64,000 bases of DNA from positions 5,050,237 through 5,114,236 of the forward strand of contig CBDDFU010000001.1 in NCBI GenBank assembly GCA_965227275.1. The letters run 5' to 3'. Of the stretch, positions 9,772 through 18,100 are shown piece after piece. The stretch is from Pirellulales bacterium. GTDB lineage: Bacteria > Planctomycetota > Planctomycetia > Pirellulales > JAEUIK01. Each line of letters opens with the position of its first letter. The first letter of the stretch is position 1. The notes under the pieces were generated by a model, which searched no databases, was not told the DNA's origin, and worked only from the letters and a program-made list of their open reading frames with translations. Position numbers and translations under genes: made by a program.

Positions 9772-10791
9772 ATGAAGGACAAGTTCCTTACCCGAGGTGC
9801 CATCGAAGAGCATCTTGGCGATACAGCAAAGGTGCGTCGGGTCAAACTTGCGGCGTTCCTATTGGCGACACAAACTTCCTGCGTCGATGGTCGCGAAGAC
9901 CGAGCGATCATTGGTACACCCGGGGGGGACGCGGGAGAACTCATGCTCGGGCTAGCGGCCGTTGAGAAAGTGACCGGAGCGCGCGTTGATATCGCTAATG
10001 TCGGTGCACTGACGCGAGCTTTTGCGGACACCTTCGGCGGCATCTATCTGCACACCGATAACCATGCTCTCAATCGATTGGCACGCTCACTACAAGCTGA
10101 CAGTCGCTTGGCGGAAAAGGCAGCTACCTTGAAGTCAATCTACGATTGGGAGAACTTCCTAAAGCGACCTCCGCTTGACCTAAGAGATGCACTCATTGAA
10201 CACCTCATTGAGCCCGTCCACATTGGGTGCGGCCATCTGAGGTTAGCGTTGACCAACCCCGTTGGATACAAGCTCAGGCCAGAGCTTCTAACTGCCTTCT
10301 TCCGCGCGTTTTACACCGAACTGTGGGCGGGACCGTCTGATCTTGAGTGGGTTGTCCTCGGAGGAGATCATAATGAAGGTGCTGTCGTGAACGTAACCGT
10401 GGAAGGGGAACTTCACCCCTTCTCCGAAGTGGCCATGATCGCGCCATCGATTGGTGGAACTCAAATGTTTGTAAATCATCCGCAGGTGGTGGCCTACCTG
10501 CGAGATCAGACCGCTCATTTCCTTACCACGAAGGTCAACAAGCTCCTTCCGCCAGGTAGGCGCCTCGGAGAGAGTCTTTCCGAGGCAATTCCCTTGCTCG
10601 GCGTAGAACAAGCTCAAGCTACATTAGCGGCACTCGCGACCGGTTTGCCGACGTTCAACATCCATTTCTCACATGATGGCTCGATTGACGTTGTGGAAGG
10701 CGATGCCATCCCAACCGCGATTGCCGAACTTGCAGAAAGCAAGAAAAAGAGCCGAACGAAAAGCCGGAAAGCGAGCCGTAAAAAGACCTGA
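9772..10791 (+). CDS. hypothetical protein with Cys/His/Asp motifs and a Lys-rich tail
   Basis: ATG 9772 is preceded by GAGGAA. The upstream part of ORF 8998..10791 overlaps the antiporter and is rejected. Motifs SCVDGRE, HTDNH and HIGCGH. C-terminus is KKKSRTKSRKASRKKT. No family recognised. Confidence 0.55.
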   Translation: MKDKFLTRGAIEEHLGDTAKVRRVKLAAFLLATQTSCVDGREDRAIIGTPGGDAGELMLGLAAVEKVTGARVDIANVGALTRAFADTFGGIYLHTDNHALNRLARSLQADSRLAEKAATLKSIYDWENFLKRPPLDLRDALIEHLIEPVHIGCGHLRLALTNPVGYKLRPELLTAFFRAFYTELWAGPSDLEWVVLGGDHNEGAVVNVTVEGELHPFSEVAMIAPSIGGTQMFVNHPQVVAYLRDQTAHFLTTKVNKLLPPGRRLGESLSEAIPLLGVEQAQATLAALATGLPTFNIHFSHDGSIDVVEGDAIPTAIAELAESKKKSRTKSRKASRKKT

Positions 10792-10901
10792 GCAAAGTCT
10801 GTTTCCTAATAAACCGGGTAGGAATCAATATCTACAGGCTGGACGACCCGCCAGGCGTCCATCAGTAAGAGACGGAAGAGGGGTTGACTCGTCTGTACCA
10901 A

Positions 10902-10921
10902 ATGATACATTTATGTATCAT
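10902..10921. promoter_or_regulatory. candidate TetR operator (20-bp palindrome)
   Basis: ATGATACAT-TT-ATGTATCAT has perfect 9-bp arms. It is AT-rich in a GC-richer context and overlaps the start region of the TetR gene. Confidence 0.5.
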
Positions 10922-11504
10922 GATGGCACTACCCCGTTCGACGAAAGATTCTCTACTAGCAGCCGCGATCGAGGTCTTATCTATACGGCCAAGGGCGACA
11001 CTGGCCGAGATTGCGGAAGCGGCAGGAGTACGCCGAGTCACCCTGCACCGGCTACTCGGCACGCGTGATGAACTGCTGAAGGAAATCGCGATTCAGTCTC
11101 TCGCGGAAATGGACGAGGCCTGCCAAAAGGCAAGTGAAGACGCACAGTCAGCGATCGATGCTCTCAGAGCCAGCGTCGAGGCATTGGTGCCCGTTGGCGA
11201 CCGGTGCCATTTTCTCTGGACCCAGTCCGAGGTCTGGGAAGAGCCAAGTGTTGCCAAGGAAGTTGCTCGTCAGAATACAGAGCTAGCCGACCTTATCGAC
11301 GAAGCGAAGGCGGAAGGTTCGATTGCAACCGACATTCCCAACGCATGGATCATCGCCGCTATCGAAGCGGTTGTCTTCGCCGCCTTGACTACTGCTCGCG
11401 CTGGCGATGTTGCTGTGAACGATGCCGGAAAACTCGCTGCTAGAACACTATTTGCGGGACTGGAAAAACCTTCCAATAGACAACGTCGGAGACCCAAACA
11501 ATGA
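10920..11504 (+). CDS. TetR/AcrR family transcriptional regulator
   Basis: N-terminal HTH region STKDSLLAAAIEVLSIRPRATLAEIAEAAGVRRVTLHRLLGTRDELL is typical of TetR_N. The start could be ATG 10920 or 10923, and 10902 is also possible. Confidence 0.85.
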   Translation: MMALPRSTKDSLLAAAIEVLSIRPRATLAEIAEAAGVRRVTLHRLLGTRDELLKEIAIQSLAEMDEACQKASEDAQSAIDALRASVEALVPVGDRCHFLWTQSEVWEEPSVAKEVARQNTELADLIDEAKAEGSIATDIPNAWIIAAIEAVVFAALTTARAGDVAVNDAGKLAARTLFAGLEKPSNRQRRRPKQ

Positions 11505-13333
11505 GAGCCCTAGGTGCATTGACTGCTCATTTCAAAGTCATCGCGACTGCCCTCGTCGTCACAACCTCTTTTTTCAGTGGCTCGTTGTCCAAAGCCGAAC
11601 AATCCAACGAGCCAAGACTAGGTCGCAAAATTGAAGACTTCGTTCTCAGAAACGCGATCAATGGCGAGCAGTGGAAGCTGTCCGAACAATACGAACAAGC
11701 CAAGGTAGTCGTATTGTACTTTAACTCGACGGAGTGTCCTGTCACAAATCGATATCTTCCGTCATTGGAAAAATTGCGCGCGCGTTTTGTTGACGAGGGT
11801 GTTATCTTTGTGACCATCAATAGTAATCAACACGAATCGACAGAAGACATCCGACAGCACGCGCGAGAATATGAGCTGCAAATTCCGGCTCTGCATGACG
11901 CTAAGGGGGATGTTGCCCGAAGCCTCGCCGTCACTCGAACATCCGAGGCCATCGTCCTCGAACGTGATCTGACGATGCGGTATCGTGGCGCGATCGACGA
12001 CAGGTATGAGAGAGGAGTAACTCGACCCAAGGCCGACACCAACTTTCTGCATGATGCCATTCAAGCCGTCCTAAACGGGACTGCCGTCAAGATTTCCATC
12101 ACGGAAGTCGAGGCCTGCCCACTCAACCTTGCACCTGTCGAAGCGGTCAGTGAATCACCAGAGCACATTACGTACGCAGAACATGCGGCCGCCATCATTC
12201 AGCGCCGTTGTCAGGCATGCCATCGCCCCGATGGAATCGGTCCTTTCAAGCTGATGACATATGAAGATGCGAAAGCGTGGGCGGCATCGATTCGGGAAGT
12301 CGTAACTCAAGGTCTCATGCCGCCCTGGCACGCTGAAGCACCTCATGGGCATTTCTCGAATGACAGAAGCCTGACCGAAGAAGAGCGGGCCATGCTACTC
12401 GGTTGGATTGACGATGGAACAATGCAGGGCAACACAAAAATGTTGCCGGCGCAGCGGACCTACTCCGATTCTTGGAGCATTGGAACGCCGGACCTCGTGG
12501 TTAGCATGGACAAGCCTGTCAGCGTACCAGCGGAAACTCCGAAGCTGGGTGTGCCCTATAAGTACATCTGGGGTGGCAAAGCATTCCGGCGAGAATCATG
12601 GGTGACGGCAGCCGAGGTCCGCCCGGGCGCGGCGGAAGTTGTACATCACGCCAGTGTTTACATCGTTCCCGAGGGGGTGAGTATCAAACTCGTCGGTGAC
12701 GAACTCCCCGGCGGGCTACTTGGCGACCTGACTTCTCCCATCAATGACCTTCCCCACTTGGTGTCCTTTGTTCCAGGCGACAACGCATTTGTCCGACGCG
12801 AAGGCCTTGCGATGCGAATCCCTAAAGGGGCGCGACTGTTGTTCGAGATGCACTACACACCAACCGGAAAGGCAGCCACGGATCGCACGCAAGTAGGACT
12901 GAGATTCGCATTAAAGCCTCCCACGCACGAGGTGCTCTCGACTGCGGTCATCAACTATTGGTTTTCTATTCCCCCAGGAGCTTCCAATCACCGAGTGCGA
13001 GCAAAGACAGGCAGGTTCAAAAGAGATAGCGTTTTGCTGACTATGAACCCTCACATGCACTATCGAGGCAAATCTTTCAAATACGAATTAGTAAGACCAT
13101 CCGGCACGCGGTCTTTGTTGCTTCATGTGCCGAATTACAATTTCGAATGGCAGACTACCTATGTGCTTGCCAAACCGATTTCGATCCCGAAGGGATCACG
13201 CATCGAGTGCACGGCCACGTTTGATAACTCGCAGGCTAACCCGTTTAACCCTGATCCAACAGTGCGTGTGACGTGGGGCGAGCAAACTTGGGAAGAGATG
13301 ATGCTTGGTGGATTTGAGGTTTACGAAGAATAG
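11501..13333 (+). CDS. fusion protein: redoxin (AhpC/TSA-like) + c-type heme site + copper type II ascorbate-dependent monooxygenase-like domain
   Basis: 610 aa with a signal-like N-terminus. Thioredoxin-fold region VVVLYFNSTECPVTNRY. Heme c motif CQACH. Cu-ligand-like pattern HHASVY ... EMHYTP ... HMHYRG ... EEMM. Its ATG overlaps the TetR stop (ATGA). Confidence 0.75.
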   Translation: MRALGALTAHFKVIATALVVTTSFFSGSLSKAEQSNEPRLGRKIEDFVLRNAINGEQWKLSEQYEQAKVVVLYFNSTECPVTNRYLPSLEKLRARFVDEGVIFVTINSNQHESTEDIRQHAREYELQIPALHDAKGDVARSLAVTRTSEAIVLERDLTMRYRGAIDDRYERGVTRPKADTNFLHDAIQAVLNGTAVKISITEVEACPLNLAPVEAVSESPEHITYAEHAAAIIQRRCQACHRPDGIGPFKLMTYEDAKAWAASIREVVTQGLMPPWHAEAPHGHFSNDRSLTEEERAMLLGWIDDGTMQGNTKMLPAQRTYSDSWSIGTPDLVVSMDKPVSVPAETPKLGVPYKYIWGGKAFRRESWVTAAEVRPGAAEVVHHASVYIVPEGVSIKLVGDELPGGLLGDLTSPINDLPHLVSFVPGDNAFVRREGLAMRIPKGARLLFEMHYTPTGKAATDRTQVGLRFALKPPTHEVLSTAVINYWFSIPPGASNHRVRAKTGRFKRDSVLLTMNPHMHYRGKSFKYELVRPSGTRSLLLHVPNYNFEWQTTYVLAKPISIPKGSRIECTATFDNSQANPFNPDPTVRVTWGEQTWEEMMLGGFEVYEE

Positions 13334-13352
13334 TAAGTTTGCCAAGCCATCC

Positions 13353-13880
13353 ATGGTCGAGATGATGGAATCGAGCAGCAATCCGCTAGGCGGAAAGAGC
13401 GTTTCCCTGCGGAACCTCATCGCGTGTTTCCGTTGGCAAATCGTTTGCACTTGGTTCTTGGTGATCCTCGAAGCCGCGATGATGTTGACTTTTCCACTAC
13501 TGTTAGGGATTGCCATCGATGGAATGCATCGGCAGAGCTTCCTTGGTTTGTCACTGCTTGGCGGTGTGGGCGTGTTGACGGTTGTAGTTGGTTCCGCTCG
13601 TCGTTTCTATGACACACGTGTTTACTCGCGCATCTACATTGCTGCTGGAAAACAGATTGTCGAACAAGAGCGTAAACGCAATGCGAATGTGTCCGTAATC
13701 TCGGCACGCACTAACATGGTGAGAGAATTGGTTGAGTTCCTGGAATCTTCGTTGCCGGGGATCGTTGATTGTGTGATCGGGCTACTCGGCACATTAGTGA
13801 TGATTTGTTTTTTGCAGGTCAAAGTATTTGCTGGCTGCCTCATCGGTGGCCTTACCCCTTTCTTCGTCCACTTTGAATGA
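13353..13880 (+). pseudogene. ABC-transporter-type six-helix transmembrane domain protein, 3' end truncated by IS3 insertion
   Basis: MVEMMESS... has hydrophobic helices and an ABC_membrane-like loop (RRFYDTRVYSRIY...ARTNMVRELVEFLESSLP). The reading frame runs into the IS3 inverted repeat at 13874 and stops inside it. Confidence 0.55.
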
Positions 13881-14781
13881 GAGAACCTGGGGTTAGATGG
13901 CTGCTGTTCTGGAGTGAGGCCGGAGGCCGAGCGGAAGAACAGCAGCGGGCAGCAAATGTTGCAGGGGTCTGGTAACCCAACGAACTGTGTGGTCGGTAGT
14001 GGTTGTAATCGAGCCGCCAGCGGTCGACAACCCAGCGGGCATCTTCAAGTCCTACGTATAGCTCGCGGTCCAACAGCTCATCCCTGAAGCGACTGTTGAA
14101 GCTTTCCACGTAGCCGTTCTCCCAGGGACTGCCTTTGGCAACAAACAAGGTCTTCACGTGGGCTTGATCCAGCCAACGTGTCACGGCTCGGGCTACAAAC
14201 TCCGGACCGTTGTCACTCCTCAAGTTATCGGGTGCACCACGCACGGCGAACAGGTACTGAAGTACCTCGATGACATGCTGCGACTTGAATGACCAAGCCA
14301 CCTCGATCGCCAGGCTCTCGCGGGTGAATTCATCGATCACCACCAGCATCCGTAGCTTGCGGTTCTTTTCGGTGCGGTCTTCGACAAAGTCGTAGCTCCA
14401 TACATGGTTTGGCCTCAATGCTCGCTTTCGCACACAGCTGTTCTCACTACCGCCACGCGCGAGCCGACGACGTTTATGCTGTTTTCGGGGCACCTGCATG
14501 CCTTCCTCCCGCCATAGACGTTCCACTCGCTTGTGGTTGATCTTCCAGCCACGCTTGGTCAACGCATCGTGAATTCGCGGACTGCCGAATCTGGGACGCC
14601 GGGCCGCGATCCTTCGCATCTCGGCCAATAGCATCGCTTCATCAGACGGACGACGCCTCACGTGTCGCTGAGTCGATCGGGATTGGCCCAGTACCCGGCA
14701 AGCCCGGCGTTCCGAGACCTTCTCGGGCCCCAAACGACGACGAACTTCGATAACGGTTCGCCTTCGCCGTTCGGGGCTCAC
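13852..14781 (-). CDS. IS3-family transposase OrfB (DDE integrase core)
   Basis: 309 aa. It overlaps orfA by 4 nt in the -1 frame. The rve-type core has WSYDF, DNGPEF and the C-terminal YNHYRPHSSLGY motif. Confidence 0.85.
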   Translation of the reverse strand: MSPERRRRTVIEVRRRLGPEKVSERRACRVLGQSRSTQRHVRRRPSDEAMLLAEMRRIAARRPRFGSPRIHDALTKRGWKINHKRVERLWREEGMQVPRKQHKRRRLARGGSENSCVRKRALRPNHVWSYDFVEDRTEKNRKLRMLVVIDEFTRESLAIEVAWSFKSQHVIEVLQYLFAVRGAPDNLRSDNGPEFVARAVTRWLDQAHVKTLFVAKGSPWENGYVESFNSRFRDELLDRELYVGLEDARWVVDRWRLDYNHYRPHSSLGYQTPATFAARCCSSARPPASLQNSSHLTPGSLIQSGRRKG

Positions 14782-15106
14782 CAGTTTCCCTTGGAAGCTT
14801 CCTTGAGGATCTCCATGCCCAGAGCCTGCTCAGCCACCAGCTTCTTCAGCCGGGCGTTCTCTTTCTCGAGAGCCCGCAGTTGCTTGACCATCTCCGGAGC
14901 CATGCCGCCATACTTCTGCCGCCAGCGGTAATAGGTCTGCTCGGTGATCCCGAGCGTCTTACAGATCTCCGGCACCTTCTGGCCCTTACCAAGAGAAACG
15001 TCTGCTAAACGCAACTTCTCAATGATCTGCTCGGTCGTATGTCTGATTCGCTTCATCCGAAAGAATCCTCTCCGGGCTTCGCCCGGTCTGCGATTCTCTC
15101 AATTCA
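13874..15106 (-). mobile_element. IS3-family insertion sequence (IS407/IS2-like organisation), apparently intact
   Basis: Terminal inverted repeats are TGAATGAGAGAAC (13874..) and the reverse complement of ...ATTCTCTCAATTCA (..15106), the latter with one extra base. It carries the orfA/orfB pair. Ends are TG...CA. Confidence 0.75.
14778..15056 (-). CDS. IS3-family transposase OrfA (HTH)
   Basis: 92 aa. MKRIRHTTEQIIEKLR...ICKTLGITEQTYYRWRQKYGGM is typical of IS3 OrfA, with a leucine-zipper-like C-terminus. Confidence 0.85.
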   Translation of the reverse strand: MKRIRHTTEQIIEKLRLADVSLGKGQKVPEICKTLGITEQTYYRWRQKYGGMAPEMVKQLRALEKENARLKKLVAEQALGMEILKEASKGNW

Positions 15107-15171
15107 GCTGGTACGATTCAAAGGGGAAAGGCCAGTCTGACGTAATCGAAACGAAGACGGAGCAGTAAGGT

Positions 15172-18100
15172 ATGACACGCCTTTCACGAAGTGATCTCAT
15201 CAACTGGGCAGATACAAAGCCGTCAGAGGGACAGTTGCCAGAATTAATTCGTCGGCTCATCATGGCATCCAACTCGGCGGTTGAAACGATCGTTATGCCA
15301 TATGGGGACTCGGTTGGACGCTCGGGGCTTGACGGCTATGTCTACGCAAAGAGCAGTTCCAGTCATGTCCCCGAAGGTGCTTCAATTTGGGAGTTAGGTA
15401 CAAACAAGGACCACGTCAGGAAAGCCAATGAAGACTTCAAGAAGAGAACAAGCGGAACAGCGGGTTTTCGACAGAAGGAATTGAACTATCACTGTGTCAC
15501 TCCAAGGCACTGGGAGAAGAAAGCAACGTGGGAGTCTGGTCCGGGGACGGCCAAGGAAAAGATCGTCGGTCATTGGAAGGCCGTCCGCGTATTTGACGTC
15601 GATGACATTCTCGGTTGGTTAATAGATTGCCCGAGCGTCGAGGCTTGGTTTTCTCGGATGCTTGGAAAAGCAACGGCTGGCCTCAGAGATGTCGAAGGCT
15701 ATTGGAAGAATGTTTCGACGACACGTACATGCGTTCTGAAGCCAGCCGTTCTCCTCGCTGGGCGTGAAGAGTTGACGAAGACAGTCCAGTTACACGTTGC
15801 AAGTGGCGACGATAATCCCGTCCCGCTGGCAATAACCTGCAGATCCCCAGCTGAAGTCGTACCGTTTGCTGTCGCCTCGGTAGTTGATTCTGGCGACGAT
15901 GTGGCGATTGCACGCACAGTCGTCGTCGATTTACGCGTACAGTGGGAACAACTCATCACTGAAGAATCTGGCTTGGGATTAATCATTGCTCCACAAGTGC
16001 AGCTGAGTCGAGAAGAACTACAACAGGCAGCGAGCCAGAATCATCGAGTCATCTACTGTTCCACCACCGGAGACATGGGGCTGCCACGTCTCACTGAGTT
16101 TGAGGTGAGCAAAGCTCTAACTTCGTCTGGCGTAGGCGAAGCGGAGGCAACTCAACACGCGAAACAGTGTGGTGGAAACGGGCAGCTTCTACTGGATCGG
16201 TTGTTCGGGCTCGACTTGCCAGCAAGTTCGATCAGGTCAAGTCTCGATGACCGACTAAAGGCAACCTGCCTGCTTCTCGTCGGCTGGGATGGCGACAGTG
16301 CAGCCGATCGAGAGGTATTCTCGATCCTTTCGGGTCTGGCTTACGAACAAATCGAAACTTCACTCATTTCAGATTCAAACGACCCCGATGGACTCCTTTT
16401 TCGAGCTGATGGGAAGTTCAGACTTCTTTCACCAGAGCTTGCTTGGATTCGCTACGCATCGCTCATCACAAAGTCCGTGGTAGAGGATTTTGCTGATGTT
16501 GTGCAATATCTGCTGACTGACGACGATCCAACTGCAGGCATGTCGGGAGAGGAGCGGCTTACGGCTCAGTTTCTCGGTAAGCATCCAGAATTCTCACGAA
16601 CATTGCGGCATAACGTCGTGCATGCACTGGCGATCGCTAACTCAATTGGTGTCCCGCGTTTGAATCTCGATCCTTCCATGAGCCCGTCGTTTGTGGACTG
16701 GATCGTGCGGTCGACTTTGAATGGCGCGGGCTTCAGTCGCTGGGCTTCCTTTGGCAGCGAACTATCGATTCTGGCCGAAGCCGCGCCAGATCCAGTGCTG
16801 GACGCTCTTGAACGCGATCTTCACGCGGACGGACCGCTTGCAGAGGTAATGGAAAAAACTGAGACCGGTCTCTTCTGCTGGCCTGCACACACAGGCATTC
16901 TCTGGGCGCTCGAAAGACTTTGTTGGTCCCCGCAGCATCTGGAACGAGCCATCTGTATTTTGTTGCGGCTGGCCGGACTTAATCCTGAGATTAGATCAGG
17001 CAACAATCCTTCGAACTCGATTCAGGAGACTCTACAGCTCTACTGCCCGCAGACGAACGCCGACTGGCCAACCCGACAGACAGCCATCGCTCGAATGTTG
17101 AAAGAAGATGCAGGAACGGCCTTCAGACTGGTCATCGCGCTCTTTCCTTCGGGGCACTCAAGCTGGATGTGTCGTGAATTGCCAACGTGGCGAGACTGGG
17201 CTCACGGGTATAAGTCGCGCACAACATATCAACAAATCGCCGTTGAAATTCGATGGTGTGTCGAACAACTCCTAGCGATTGCTGCTGGCGATGCCGAGCG
17301 ATGGTGCGCTCTCATTGAACTCTGTGGGGACGTCGAGGACGAACAATATAGGGATATCCTTGGCAGCTATGAGTCGAAGCTGGCTGACGAAGCGTTTGAG
17401 CAGGAGGACAAACGTCTGCTTTGGGAAACGATCAACGCCATGCTGGTCGCTATGGAGTGGAGATCAGCCCGACGACGGTTGGAGAATGGTGAAGTAGTTG
17501 ATGAGAATGAACTTGAAGATTCGGAAGTTGAGTCCGTATCACATTTCCCCGGACAAGTTGATCTCTACGAGAGATTTGGACCACAATTGCGCCAATTACT
17601 CGAAGCTTCAACGCCGGAGGATCCTGTTCTTGCTGGATGCCACGCTTATTTGCAAGGACTTCATCCGAACCACTGCACTCGGCATTTCTCGGATCGCGGC
17701 AACTACGAGAAACAGCAAGAACTTATCGATGAAGCGCGAAGGTCCATTGCGTTAAGAGTCTGGCGTACCAAAGGTCTGGACGGTTTACGAAGCCTGGCGG
17801 AGATTGCTCACGTCGATGCAGACGGTGTTGGAAGAACAGCAGCAGTTACTGAAGAAGTGTCAGTCGAACTTGATGAGCTACTTCCACTCCTTTCGTCAAA
17901 GACGCAGTCAGACCGAATGTTCGCGAGCGGATTTGTCGCTATTTGGGCGTGGCAGCACAAAAATTCGCTTTCGACCAAAGTGTTTCCTCTTTTGCCGACG
18001 ATGTCCTCGGATGAGACGATTTCGTCGTATCTGCGCTGCCTCCCTCCCGTACCGGAAGTCTGGGATTGTATTGACCAACAAAGCGAGGCCGTCCAGAAGC

